Positions 51,073-64,000 of a DNA stretch of 64,000 nt are shown piece after piece. The DNA is from Squalus acanthias. Lineage: Eukaryota. Positions within the stretch are counted from its first letter, which is position 1. Every line of letters starts with the position of its first letter. Both the position numbers and the translations under genes were made by a program. Where the stretch lies: NCBI GenBank assembly GCA_030390025.1, contig CM059433.1, forward strand, positions 22,570,001 to 22,634,000, written 5' to 3'. Under the pieces are notes generated by a model that saw nothing but the letters and a program-made list of their open reading frames with translations, searched no databases and had not been told where the DNA came from.

Positions 51073-51575
51073 ATCAGTGTTCTCGCTCAGGCCAACATCC
51101 CCAGCATTGAAGCTCTGACCACGCTCGATCAGCTCCGATGGACGGGCCATATCGTCCGCATGCCCAATACGAGACTCCCAAAACAAGCGCTCTACTCGGA
51201 GCTCCGACACGGCAAGAGAGCCCCAGGTGGGCAGAGGAAACGCTTCAAGGACACCCTCAAAGCCTCCTTGAAAAAATGCAACATCCCCACCGACACCTGG
51301 GAATCCCTGGCCCAAGACCGCACAAAGTGGAGGAGAAGCATCCGGGAAGGCGCCGAACACCTCGAGTCTCTTCACCGGGAGCAAGCGGAAGCCAAGCGCA
51401 AACAGCGGAAGGAGCGCACGTCAACCCAAGCACCCCACCCACCCGCTCCTTCAACCACCGTCTGCCCCACCTGTGACAGAGACTGTAGGTCCCGCATTGG
51501 ACTCATCAGTCACCTGAGAACTCATTTTTAGTGTGGAAGCAAGTCATCCTCGATTCCGAGGGACTGCCTAAGAAG
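51073..51575 (+). mobile_element. RTE-clade LINE, 5'-truncated, with an uninterrupted C-terminal ORF
   Basis: LRWTGHIVRM..RLPKQALYSEL..GGQRKRFKDTLK..CPTCDRDCRSRIGLISHLRTH (C2H2); (aag)n tail; candidate TSD AGAATC. Confidence 0.92.
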
Positions 51576-52147
51576 AGAATCTGTGACTCTATTAAATATA
51601 TCGACAGTTATCTTTTCAGTGCCCTTGCTGAGAAACTGTATTTGAACGGGTCTGAAAAAATCCCCTTTTAATTAAAAGCAGGAGAATGTCTGTTTTTCCC
51701 TATTTAATAAGCCATTAACATTCTCAGAATTCACAGGTTTCAAAGCCTGCGATTTTGAAAGGGTGACACTAATTCAAAAACAAACATGTATTCATCCTTT
51801 TTATTGAAGGAAGAATTTCAAACTGCAACTTATCCTTTGTTTAATAACTGCAGTCAGTCATCAGCAAAAGTTTAGTCCATGTTTCATAGTCATTTGGTAT
51901 AAGCTGTCTTTTATGCATCTCAAGGAGCTATCCTGTATTCCCATGTAGCCCAAGTGAACTACTGTTGATCAGCAGTAACGTGTTAGCCAAAGAAGAGAAA
52001 AGTGATCTGTCAGAATAATCATCCATGTCCAAGAAAATGAGTGGAGAATGGTCTGGTAACTTGAGAGCAGAACATTTGCTTCATGTTATCTTCTAAGGAA
52101 TATTCTACCACTGTTGGAGGTTTGTCAAAGGAAATAATTTAGGTTTC

Positions 52148-52312
52148 GGGGTAATTTTCTGACTTGGCACTTCCAGTGGGTAACCACAGCCATCAAGTGG
52201 GCACACTTTTCTGTCTATTTATATTGATGGTAATTAAATTGTGCGCGGCATGTGCCTGGATTTCCAGGAGGGTGAGGTTCCCCCTGGAAACACCAAGTGA
52301 GAAAATTAGTCC
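52148..52312. mobile_element. Short palindromic MITE
   Basis: ggggtaattttctgacttgg..ttccag.ggg.aacc / ggttcccc.ctggaa..ccaagtgagaaaattagtcc. Confidence 0.6.
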
Positions 52313-53847
52313 TATGTTTATGTAAATTGCTGCTTAATCAATATGGTGGTAAAAGGCCTGCCCTGGAGTAATATAAGCCGTAGCAAACATAAAGACCAGT
52401 AAATTCTTGTCTAAAAGCAATCAATGTTTTCTCAGAAATGGTTATCACAATTTGATGACTAGTGGCAATGTTGTGCAAAACTGCAGCATGTCATGAAGTT
52501 CTTGTTCATCTTCTGACTACCTCATGCTGAGCATTTCAGGCATGTCTTCAATATTCAGAGCATTCTTTCCATTATTTTTTTTTTTTACATTGACTCATGT
52601 GCCCGATTACGTTTTCTCAGCAAAATTTTTAAAAAATGCAGCAGTGAAATCATCAGCAAAGGTTTTAGTGCAAAACTACACAGTCAGCATTTGCAACGGA
52701 CTCAATTCCAACTCAGAACAAGATCCTAAATAGATGCTAAGGGCATTGTCTTTGTGATTTTTTTAAATATTAAATCATTTGTCTGAATTGACCAAACACT
52801 GTGCAGAACCATTCAAGAAAATCAGGTCTTCATGAATCAACATTTGAAGAGAGGATTATGATAAAATGAATGGTCATGAATGACAGAATCCAAAGTATAA
52901 AGCAAATAAATATGCAATATGATTATTTTCATGACAAAGAAGATGGCAGAAGGGCATATTGTTCTGAATGTGCATGCTGACTTTCAGCCAAGGCCATCAT
53001 TTAAATAAAAAGTTCCAAACTGCTGTATTTGTTTCCTAGAGGAATATATCTAATTATATCTTCAATTTAGTAATCCAGAAATAATAAGCAATACATTTAA
53101 AAGTGGTGGCTCGGCAGATGACAATCACATCACCAGCGGAGGACTTAAAAGAATGTGAATGCAGCCATCAGGTTTATTGTTTATTAACTATAGGGATATT
53201 TTACAGATTCATGCTCCTTCCTCCACTGGGAGCAGAGGTCAGGAATTCAGGTACAATCATCAATGGGCCTCGCAGGATTTTTGATCTAACACCATGAGTG
53301 CAAATTCGTAAAACTGTCCCCTTATATAAGTTACTGTGGCCGATTCCTGTAGACTCAGTAATGTGTAGTTAGTGTATTTCTCCCTGTCTGACAACAGGCT
53401 GACACTCAGTTCTGCAGTGACATCTTGATATCTCTTGTTACAGACTCAGAGAATCATAGGGTTAGAAATTCATTATAGCCAAAGAATGGGTGGTGCCAGT
53501 AGAAAAGTTGGAGAAGTAGCGCCAAGCGCAATGCTTTAGACTGCACGCAGAATTAGTGCTCACTACTCAAAAAATGATTTGGAGTCCGTATTCAAGTCTT
53601 AAAGCCCAAGCTCATTGGTGTTACACTCAAAGGGTGGACCAATATCAGATGCAGTCTAATCGCAAGTCATGATTACCATAGGCGTTTTTCAGTACTAAAA
53701 GGGGAAGTTCATTGCTGCTGCAGAACTTCATTCTCAGCATTGCTGGCTGTGCAGCTGCCTCAGCAAGCAGAAGCAGGACAAGGAGAAGGAGCCAGGGGAC
53801 TGAACCAGAATCTGTATCTTCATCACAGAATCTGCAGGCTCTCTCCC

Positions 53848-55746
53848 TAGCAGATCCATGCCCCAGGGAGAGAGCCCGCAGATTCTGCGATGAAGCTTTG
53901 GAGGCATTGGTTTTCGCTGTGGAGAGACGGAGGGCGGTGCTCTCCCCGGCAAGTGGCAGGAGGCCCTCACCACAAGTCTTCTGCACCACATGGAGGGAGA
54001 TAGGCAACACTGTGGTCCCCAGGACCCCCACACAGTGCAGGAAGAAATTTAACGACCTCACTCAGGTGGTCAGGATGAGTGAATGCTTCAACAAATGCTA
54101 CATACCACCATCTGAACCATACTGTTCACATACTGCCCAAAGCACCATACCTCCAGCACTCACCCACCAACATTCTCTACCTACTCATACTCACACCCAC
54201 ATCTCACACCTTGCACACAATGACAGCTATTCAACTCTGGCAGGCACATCAGCGAAACACATTGCTCCACACTCACTCACACACTTTTCTTTCTCTTGCC
54301 GACCAAGGTGGCTCACAACAGAAGGGAGCAGGAGTGCACAGGCGGGGGACAAGCCGACACCCAACCACTGCGCTGGAAAATCGAGTGCTACAGATTATTG
54401 GTGCTAAGTGGTGGGCGCCGTGGCCACCGGCGACGTTGACCCCCTTGGGGACAACGACGGTATGTTCATCCCTACTCCTCCTTCTCACATCCCACTTTCC
54501 CCTCACCCCACAAGCGTTTTGCACTTTCCAGCTAATCATGCTGTATGCATGCATTTCTCCCTTCCTGCCCCCCCTCCCCTCACCATAACCCGACTCTTGT
54601 GCCTTTATGCTTTCTGATAATCAGCAAGCACCTGAGCAGCCTGTCCCTGAGGGCACCATAGAGTGCGAGGCAGGAGAGGAGGAGGAGGAAGAACACCGCG
54701 TCACTGCATGTCTCACCCCCAGGCACCAGCTCAGATACTGGCACTACGCGTTCCTTAGAGGATAGTTTAGTAGTGGGATCTGCACAGGGTGAGGCACCAG
54801 GGATGAGTGGGCTGCAGCAAGTCCAGGGGGAATGTGTAGCTCAGGGGTCAGCTCCCCAGAGGGCGAGTTTGCGCGTGAGTTCTGCTGCACAGGACTCGGA
54901 TGAGGACCTCGATGGGGAGGCCTTTGGAAGAAGGGTAATGGGCATGCACACGGAGATGATAGGTGCAATAGCATGGGTGCCCAAAAGCCTCTCGGCAATG
55001 GTAAAGAGCGTGGAGGAGTCCGTCTCCAACATTGCACAGAGCTCTGCGCACACCATGGAGCCCATCATTTCCAGTCTACAAAAGATGGTGGACTCCCAGA
55101 GAGACTGTGGCGACCCAGACCTGATGCCGCGTGTGATGGGAGATCTGGCAGCTTCCATTGCAGCACAGGCGGAAGCGACGCAATGTCTAAGTGCTGTAAT
55201 GCAGTCTATGCTTGGCGGCATCCAATCTCAGACTGTTCTCATGCAGTCTCAGCTTGATGCCACGTAAGCTGTGACTGCTGCCATCGTGGCTGGGTCTACC
55301 ACCGTCAACTGAGGCTTTCACAGTGTTGCAGCAGGCCAGCAATCTGTGCTGCAACAGATTGCTAGGGATGCTGAGGTGCTGCCCCAGGGCAGTGGCAGTG
55401 GGTTAGTGGAGCAGGAACCTGCTGTCCTCTCTCAGGATGACAGCATTCCTGCTCCCACCACTGCCACGCCACCATTGCCCTTGTCGCTGCCTGTCATCCA
55501 GCCCAGACTGCTGCCGCCCATGCTGAGGTGGTGCAGTCTACAGCCGGGCCTTCCAGGTCCACAGCTGGTCGAGGGCGTCCTGCAAGGCCATCTGAAGTCT
55601 CCCGCACGGACACCCAGCAGCCTTCCACCAGCCATGCTGCAGCCATTGGGCCAACACTTCATAGTAGCTCTAGAGTAGACAAAGGCACAGTAACGACAGG
55701 CACTAAGGGATTGCACAAGGGTGAAGAGTTAATATTTTTCTTGTAA
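53848..55746 (+). pseudogene. Harbinger Myb/SANT-like gene, three exons
   Basis: RERARRFCDEALEALV..WREIG..PRTPTQCRKKFNDL; exon 2 KVAHNRREQECTGGG; donor gacg|gtatgt at 54460; long third exon with stops and frameshifts. Confidence 0.82.
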
Positions 55747-55869
55747 ATATGTGTTCACTGATTTTTGATAAATTTATTAATTCACTTGCAGTTCTTTTGT
55801 GGTGTCTGTTATTTCAGCTTTGCATTGTGAAATGGCCTGTGAGAGGGATGGAATGATGGGGATGTTGTG

Positions 55870-56185
55870 AGCAATGGGGATGTGGGCTTTAAATCATCCT
55901 GGTGTGAGGCTGGAGGTCTGTTTGGAGGAGGTGTCAGAGTTCTGTGACCACCTCCTTGGTGAGGCGGAACCATCTAATACACTGCTCCTCGCTTCATTGA
56001 AGGTAGAAGTGCTGTCGGAATATCCTCGGAGGGTAAGGCCTCCTGGTGAGAGCCCTGATGTCCCTCCTCATCTCTCTGTGCACATGTTCCCGTATTTCTC
56101 GCTGCCTACACTCCCTCCGCCAAAGATCCTGGAGGGCGAGGTCGACTGCCAGTACAGCCTCTATTAATGTTACCAAGTGTAGCAA
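55870..56185 (-). pseudogene. Harbinger transposase N-terminal remnant
   Basis: RRPYPPRIFRQHF..LRLTKEVVTELC; homologous to 47690-47830. Confidence 0.7.
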
Positions 56186-56657
56186 TTTGATTTTTGAAAG
56201 ATTAAATGTAGCTACTTTTTAGTTGCCACAACACTCCTGATACAAAGGAACCTTGAAATTACTGAATGAAACTGTTGGAGTATGTGAAATGGATAAGAAA
56301 TCACTGAAAGTGTACTAACCTGACAGCTGTGAGTCATTATTGATGATCCCTTTAAATAATATCCCTGGAGCCGACTTCCTGGTGCTTCACGCCAGCTCTC
56401 CCTGTCGGTGTTTACTCCAAATGCTAAGGTAGGTGGCGACAATCAATTTTGCAGATCGGGAGGTCAGTGAGCGTTGCACATCATGCTGCACCTGGCATTG
56501 ACGTTCCCGGCGATAACTCTTACTGGCAGCACTACAGGGGGCCAAGATTTGCCGTGCGGTGCTGGATTCGCCTTGCCCCGGCGATACTGCTCTAGCACCC
56601 CGTTAGTGCCATCTGTTGGTGCTAACGGGAGGTGCTAAGGGGATGAAATTTTCCCCC

Positions 56658-58803
56658 ATAGAATCTTACAGCACAAAAAGGGGCCATTCGGTCCGTCGTG
56701 CCTGTGCCATCCCTTTGAAAGAGCTATCCAAATTTAGTCCCACATCCCAGCTTTTTCCCCACTACCCTGCAAATGATTCCTCTTCGAGTACATGTCCAAT
56801 TGCCTTTTGAAAGTTCCTATGGAATCTGATTCCACCATCCTTTCAGTTAGTGTGTTCCAGATCTTAACAACCCTCTGAAAATATTTCTCCTCATTTCTGC
56901 TCTAGTTTTTTTGCAAATTATTTTAAATCTATGACCAACCCACTTGCCAGAGGAAACAGATTCTCCCTATCAAAACCCCTCATTATTTTGAATACCTCTA
57001 TTAGGTCTCCACTTAACCTTCTCTACTCCAAGGAGAATAATCCCAGCTTCACCAATCTCTGCACGTAACTGAAGTCCCTCATCCCTGGTATCATCCTGGT
57101 AAACCTTCTCTGTACCCTCTCCAAAGCTTTGACATTTTTCCTAAAGTGTTCTGCCCCAAATTGTACACAATACTCCAGTTGAGGCCTAACCAGTGATTTA
57201 GTAAAGGTTTAGCATGACTTACTTGTTGTTGTATTTACAAAGCCAAGTATTGCATATGCTTTCTTAACCACCTTATCAACTTGGCCTGCCACCTTCAAAA
57301 AGATTTGTGAATATGCACCCTCAGGTCCCTCTGTTCTTGCACCCCCCTCAAAATAGTGCCATTTAGATTCTACTGCCCCTCCATGTTGTTCCTCCCAAAG
57401 TGCATCACTTCACACCTATCTGCCCATTTCACCAGTCTGTCTCTGTCCTCCTGAAGTCTGCTACTATCTTCTTCACTATTTACTACATTGCCAAGTTTTG
57501 TATCATCCACAAACTTGGAAATTGTACTCCCTATACTCAAGTCCATTTATATACAACAAGAAAAGCAATGGTCCTAATATCAATCCCTGGGGGACCCCAC
57601 TGCATACTTGTCTCCAGTCAGAAAAACATCCGTTCACCACTACTCTCTGCCTCCTATCCCGTAGCCAATTACGTACCCTAGTTACCACCATCCCTTTAAT
57701 CGCATGTGGTTCTATTTTCCAAATAAGTCTGTTATGTGGTACTTTATCAAATGCCTTTTCAAAGCCCATATATCCAACATCTACTGCACTATTTTCATCC
57801 ACCCTCTCTGTTATTTCATCAAAGAACCCAATCAGATTACTCAGACATTGACTTTAACAAACCCATGCTGGCTGTCCCTTATTAACCGATGCTTCTCCAA
57901 ATGAGAATTAATTTTTTCCTTAAAAATGGTCTCTAGTAGTTTTCCACCACTGACGTTAGACTGACCGGCCTGTTGTTTATCCCTCTCCCCTTCTTTTTTT
58001 GAATAGGTGTGTACCAATTGCAATCCTCCAGTCCTCTGGGACCACTCCAATATCCAAAGAGGATTGTAAGATTGTGGTCAGAGCTTCTGCTATCTCCACC
58101 CTTGCTTCCCTCAGCAACCTAGGATGCATCCCATCTGGACTGGATCATTTGTTAACTTTGAGTGATGCCAACCTATGTAGCACCTCCTTTCTATCTATTT
58201 TTATCCTATCCAATGTCTCTACTCCCTCCTCCTCTACTTCATCCTCTTCTTTTGTGAAGACAGATGCAAAGTACTTATTCAGTACCGCAGTCATCCCCTC
58301 TGCCTCCACAAGAAGATTTCCGTCTTTGTCCCTAACCATTCCTTTAACTATCCTTTTATGTTTTATATGTTTATAAAAGTTTTTTGGGTTCCCTCTTATG
58401 TTACGTGCTAATCTTTTCTCATTCTCTCTTTGCCATTCTTATATGCTTTTTCAGTTTCCCCCTGCACTCTCTGTATTCTGCCTGGGTTTCTACTATATTC
58501 TGTACCTGACATTTATCATAAACATCCTTTTTCTGTTTTATTTTAACCTCTATTTCCAATATCATCCAGGGAGCTCTAACTTTGGATGCCCTATCTTTCT
58601 TCCTTATGGGAATATACTTGGTTTGTACACAAACTATCTCTGCCATGAAAGCCTGCCAATGCTCATTTACTGTTCTCTCGGACAATCTTTGTTTCCAGTC
58701 CAGCTGTGCTAGATCCCTTCTCAAATCATTGAAATTGGCTTTCTTCCAGTTGGGTATTTTCACCTTTGATTTCTATTTGTCCCTTTCCAAAACTACTTTA
58801 AAC
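56658..58803 (-). mobile_element. CR1 LINE, degenerate ORF2 fragment with 3' end
   Basis: NWKKANF..LAQLDW; VLNKYFASVFTKE; FEKAFDKVPHNRL; SGVPQG..GPLLF; tail continues left of the Harbinger insertion. Confidence 0.9.
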
Positions 58804-59599
58804 CATTTGGCATCAACTAGACAGCCTAGTTCTATTCTCAATATTGCAGTGCAGACCTGTTGGTTCTATTGATCAAACTTGTGGAGAGTAAATCAGGTTT
58901 CCAGGCCCAAACTGACTCTAAAGCGAGGTGGAGTGAGACAGCCTCCTTCAGGGAGTCTCGCTGCTCTTTGGTCTGGTGTCAGCTTTCGGCCTGACTCTGG
59001 ATATACACTATAACTGCAAGGTGTGCTTTCACTTTGCACCAAGCTACACCAATCAAACTTGAGGGTTATAACCCTTTTAAAAGTGTTTTTGTCTTTAATT
59101 TAGATTGGAGACCCTACAATGAGAAACTCCACCACCAAAGGTCTCTCTGTAAGCTTCATTCAATAAACAGGTCATACCTTACCGATCTGGGAGACCCCAG
59201 AGGTTTTGCTAGCCTAGGCCAATTCTATCTTTCATGCTCCCATGGGTGTACTCCAAGAGCTGCTCTAAGTTTCTCTTTTTAAACCCTAAAGGTTCCAGGT
59301 ATATGTGACCACTGGCATGACATGAGTTACCAAAAGAGTTAAAGCAATTCTATATAAGGAGAAACTAATAAGGAAACATATATCTTATTGATAACTCAGT
59401 TAATAAGCTGAATTCTTGATTAATGAACTAGCATATAACTTTCTACAATTGAGATAATGAGATCAGTATAATTCCTTATCCCTGTTACCATATCACACAC
59501 TTTCTTCCTGCAGTTAATTGTCGTTCAACCATGTGAATCTACTGACCATTTAGCTCTGTATTTCTATACATTTGTTCTAATCTAATCTAGGTAATTAAT

Positions 59600-59995
59600 T
59601 TACGTAGACATGATGCAATTAAAATTTGGATTGGAATGTGTATTTTGTGTTGGCTTTTATTGTTGCATTGTGGGAAAGAGGACAATGTGATGGTCAGTGA
59701 CAGAGGAAATGCAAGGAGTAGGGGACTGTTGGTGAATGGGCAATTGAGGTTGAGGTTACTGGTATCGCTCATGAATTATGCCAGGCAGAAAGGGGTTGTC
59801 TAGGTTGCAGCCTCCCTTCCTCTTCCTCCTCTTCTGCTCCCTTCCCTTCCACCTCCTCCTCCTTCACCTCCTACTCCTCCTCTTCCTTGTGCTTCTGCTC
59901 CTCAACTTCTTGCCTGATAGGTGATGACAAGGGCTGTTCCTTCATGATGGCAAGGTTGTGGAGCATGTAGCATAACACAACAAATCTTGATACCC
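59600..59995 (-). mobile_element. Remnant of a Harbinger transposase 3' end and intergenic junction
   Basis: Similar to 35490-35570 and 36050-36330 (gcaaggttgtggagcat..acaaatcttga; cct-rich acidic tail). Confidence 0.65.
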
Positions 59996-60490
59996 AAGCA
60001 AAATACTGCGGATGCTGGAAATCTGAAATAAAAACAGAAAATGCTGCAAATACTCAGCAGGTCAGACAGCATCTGTGGAGAGAGAAACAGAGTTAACGTT
60101 TCAGGTCGGTGACCCTTCATCAGAACTGGAAAAAGCTGCAGATGGAACAGGTTTTTAAGCAAGTGTAGGGGCAGGGAAAGGGAGGAGGGGAGGAAAGAAC
60201 AAAAGGGAAGGTCTGTGATAGGATGGAAGGCAGGAGAGATTAAGAGACAAAAGGGATGATGGTGCAAGGCAAAAGGAGGTGGTAATGGGACAAGTTAAGA
60301 AACAAAAGATGGCTCTAGATGAAGTGTAAATTGCACTGGCAGAATGAAAGACAGCTGCCATGTGAGAAGAGAAAAAAAAATGGGAAAAAAAAGATAGGGG
60401 CAGAGGTTATGATCTGAAATTATTGAACTCGATGTTGAGTCCATAAGGCTATAAAGTGCCTAATCAAAAGATGAGGTGCTGTTCCTTGAG
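59996..60490 (-). mobile_element. Penelope-like (family A) 3' fragment with a hammerhead at 60091-60127
   Basis: Reverse complement of 3745-4290; core CTGATGA-a-GGGTC acc GACCT-GAAACGTT. Confidence 0.88.
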
Positions 60491-60758
60491 ACCGAGAATT
60501 TAAGGAGCGGGGAGAGAGAGAAGTAAAAAGTAATCGAAGTGTGACGTCACCAGAAAGCAGGTAAGTGATTGGTTGGTGAGTATTTCTCTCTTTCTCGCTT
60601 TATTCCAAACTTAAATTTTGTGGTTTATAGTTTCAAGTTCTCTGTTGTGTAGCGGGGAGTGCTAGTAAACAAGGGCCCTTGAGTATATCATTTAATTGTA
60701 GTGTAATTAGTGGTATTGATTTGATTTAATTTAATTTGAATTAATTAAAGGGTAAGTC

Positions 60759-61705
60759 ATGGTAGCACAGCTCGGCCCCGTGGCATGCTCCTCCTGCACT
60801 ATGTGGGAAATCAGGGACACTTCCTGTGTCCCTGACGACCATGTGTGCGGGAAGTATATCCAGCTGCAGCTACTGGCAGACCACATTGTGGCGCTGGAGC
60901 TGCGAATGGATACATACTGGAGCATTCGCGATGCTGAGGACATCGTGGATAGCACATTTAGGGAGTTGGTCACACCGCAGATAAAGGCTGCACAGGCAGG
61001 AAGGGAATGGGTGACCGCCAGGCAGAGTAGTAGGCACAAGCAGGTAGTGCAGGGGTCCCCTATGGCCATCCCCCTCTCAAACAGATATACCGCTTTGGAT
61101 ATTGTTGGGGCAGATGGCTTATCGGGGGAAGGCAGCAGTAGCCAACTTCCTGGCACCATGGGTGGTTCTGCTGCACAGGACGGGAGGAAAAAGAACGGGA
61201 GAGCTATAGTGATAGGGGATCTATTGTAAGGGGAATAGATAGGTGTTTCTGCGGCCACAAACAAAACTCCAGGATGGTATGTTGCCGCCGTGGTGCAAGG
61301 GTCAAGGATGTCTCGGAGCGGCTGCAGGGCATTCTGGAGGGGGAGGGTGAACAGCCAGCTGTTGTGGTGCATATAGGTATCAACGATATAGGTAAAAAAT
61401 GGGGTGAGGTCCTAAAAGCTGAATATAGGGAGTTAGGAGGTAAATTAAAAAATAGGACCTCAAAAGTAGTAATCTCAGGATTGCTACCAGTGCCACGTGC
61501 TAGTCAGAGTAGAAATAGAAGAATATTTCAGATGAATACGTGGCTAGAGGAATGGTGCAAGGGGGAGGGATTCAAATTCCTGGGACATTGAAACCGGTTC
61601 TGGGGGAGGTGGGACCAGTACAAACTGGACGGTTTGCACCTGCGCAGGACCGGGACCGATGTCCTAGGGGGAGTGTTTGCTAGTACTTTTGGGGAGGGTT
61701 TAAAC
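60759..61705 (+). pseudogene. CR1 ORF1: zinc-finger/leucine-zipper plus SGNH/GDSL esterase, frameshifted
   Basis: CSSC..VCGK..LQLL; AIVIGD; GARVKDV; VVVHIGINDI; VVISGLLPVP; DGLHL. Confidence 0.85.
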
Positions 61706-61869
61706 TAAAATAGCAGGGGTCTGGGAACCTGTGCAAGGCAACAGAGGAAAGGGAAGCAAGGATAGAAGCAAAAGACAGGAAGGAGAAAAGCAAAAGTGGA
61801 AGGCAGAGAAATCAAGTGTGTAAATCAAACAGGGCCACAGTAAATAATAATTCTAAAAGGACTAAGAGT

Positions 61870-63969
61870 GTTAAAAAAACATGCCTGAAGGCTTTGTGTC
61901 TTAATGCGTGGAGCATTCGTAATAAGGTGGATGGATTAGTTGCGCAAATAGATGTAAACGGATATGATATCATTGGGATTATGGAGACATGTTTCCAGGG
62001 TGACCAAGGCTGGGAATTCAACATCCAGGGGTATTCAATATTCAGGAAGGACAAGCAAAAAGGAAAAGGAGGTGGGGTAGCATTGCTGGTTAAAGAGGAG
62101 ATTAACACAATGGTAAGGAAGGATATTAGCTCTGATGATGTGGAACCTGTGTGGGTAGAGCTGAGAAATACCAAGGGGCAGAAAACATTAGTGGGAGTTG
62201 TATACAGACCCCCAAACACTAATGCTGAGGTTGGGGATGGCATTAAACAGGAAATTCGAGACGCGTGCAATAAGGGCACAGCAGTTATCATGGATGACTT
62301 TAATCTACATATAGATTGGGCTAACCAAATTACTAACAATACTATGGAGGAGGAATTCCTAGAGTGTATACGGGATGGTTTCCTGGACCAATATGTCGAG
62401 GAACCAACTAGAGATCAGGCCATCTTAGACTGGGTATTATGTAATGAGAAAGGATTGATTAGCAATCTTGTTGTGCGAGGCCCCTTGGGGAGGAGCAATC
62501 ATAATATGATAGAATTCTTCATTAAGATGGAGATTGAAGTAGTTGACTCAGAGACTGGGGTCCTGAATTTAAATAAAGGAAACTACGATGGTATGAGGCG
62601 TGAGTTGGCTAGGATGGTTTGGGGAATGTTACTTAAAGGGTTAATGGTGGATAGGCCATGGCAAACATTTAAACATGGCATGGATTGAACTACAGAATTT
62701 GTTCATCCCTGTCTGGCATAAAAATAAAAAAAAGGGTGGCGTAACCGTGGGTAACAAGGGAAAGTAGGGATAGCATAAGATCCAAGGAGAGGACATATAA
62801 ATTGGCCAGAAAAAAGCAGCAAACCTGAGGATTGGGAGCAGTTTAGGATTCAGCAAAGGAGGACAAAAGGATTAATTAAGAGGGGGGAAATAGAGTATGA
62901 GAGTAAGCTTGCAGGGAATGTAAAAACTGACTGTAAAAGCTTCCATAGATATGTGAAGAGAAAAAGATTGGTGAAGTCAAGCGTAGGTCCCTTGCAGTCA
63001 GAATCACGGAAATTTATAATGGGGAACAAAGAAGTGGCTGACCAATTAAATACATACTTTGGTTCTGTCTTCACAAAGGAGGACAAAAATAACCTCCCAG
63101 AGATGTCGGGGAACAAAGAGTCTAATGAGAGGGAGGAACTGAATGAAATCAGTATTTGTAGGGAAATGGTGTTAGGGAAATTGACGGGATTAAAGGCCGA
63201 TAAATCCCCAGGGCCTGATAATCTACATCCTAGGGTACTTAAGGAAGTGGCCCTAGAAATAGTAGATGCGTTGCTGATCATGGCAGATGCAGTATAATGT
63301 GGATAAATGCGAGGTTATCCACTTTGGTGGCAAAAACAGGAAGGCAGATTTTTATCTGAACGGCAATAGATTGGGAGAAGGGGAAGTGCAACGAGACCTG
63401 GGTGTCCTTGTGCACCAGTCGCTGAAGGTAAGCATGCAGGTGCAACAGGCGGTTAAGAAGGCAAATAGTATGTTGGCCTTCATAGCGAGAGGATTCGAGT
63501 ACAGGAGTAAGGATGTCTTGCTACAGTTGTACAGGGCATTGGTGAGACCACACCTTGAGTATTGTGTGCAGTTTTGGTCGCCTTATCTGAGGAAGGATGT
63601 TCTTGCCATGGAGAGAGTGCAGCGAAGATTCACCAGACTGATACCTGGGATGGCAGGAATGACGTATAAGGAGAGATTGGGTCGATTTGACTTATATTCG
63701 CTGGACTAGACAGACTAGATGCAGGAAGGATGTTCCCGATGGCGGGGGAGTCCAGAACCAGGGGTCGCAGTCTAAGGATAAGGGGTAAGCCATTTAGGAC
63801 AAAGATGAGGAGGAATTTCTTCACCCAGAGAGTGGTGAACCTGTGGAATTCTCTACCACAAAAGGCAGTTGAGGCCAATTCATTAAATATATTCAAGAAG
63901 GAGTTAGATATATTTCTTAAGGATAAAGGGATCAAGGGATATGGGGAGAAAGCAGGGACAGGGTACTGA
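61870..63969 (+). pseudogene. CR1 ORF2: AP endonuclease and RT remnants
   Basis: LCLNAWSIRNK, DIIGIMET, GGGVALLVK, GVVYRPP, MDDFN, ILDWVL, SNHN; KSPGPDNLHPRVLKE joins directly to WQMQYNVDKC. Confidence 0.9.
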
Positions 63970-64000
63970 ATTTGGATAATCAGCCATGATCTCATTAAAT

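Larger units (their letters stand above)
53459..56657. mobile_element. PIF/Harbinger transposon with a near-complete Myb gene and a mostly deleted transposase
   Basis: Termini GGGTTAGAAATTCAT / ATGAAATTTTCCCCC, TSD ATA; inserted into a CR1 tail (agaatcATA..ATAgaatc). Confidence 0.88.
60491..64000 (+). mobile_element. Near full-length CR1 LINE (5' UTR, ORF1, ORF2 with internal deletion), running off the window
   Basis: ORF1, APE domain and RT tail in the expected order; 3' part closely matches 43690-44445. Confidence 0.93.

Overview
Eukaryotic, repeat-dense, apparently non-genic (intronic or intergenic) vertebrate DNA. The repeat complement (DeuSINE/SacSINE1-like, HE1-like V-SINE, CR1 with an esterase ORF1, L2, RTE, Penelope) points to a cartilaginous fish; this is inference. 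No host protein-coding exon could be identified with confidence. The window is dominated by four groups. (i) PIF/Harbinger DNA transposons: three decayed two-gene elements (intron-containing Myb/SANT gene on +, DDE transposase on -, convergent) and more than ten non-autonomous MITEs with GGG..AATT-type termini and 3-bp TSDs. (ii) Two Penelope-like families carrying minimal hammerhead ribozymes, including a young insertion with inverted arms. (iii) CR1, L2 and RTE LINE fragments with their partner SINEs. (iv) A 3.3-kb hAT element with nested insertions. The most unusual signal is a ~0.7-kb MITE family. It is built from serial hairpins, one of which keeps its pairing while its sequence changes between copies, and it also carries promoter-like motifs, clustered consensus 5' splice sites and a possible pseudoknot. 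All family assignments are from motif recognition, not database searches.
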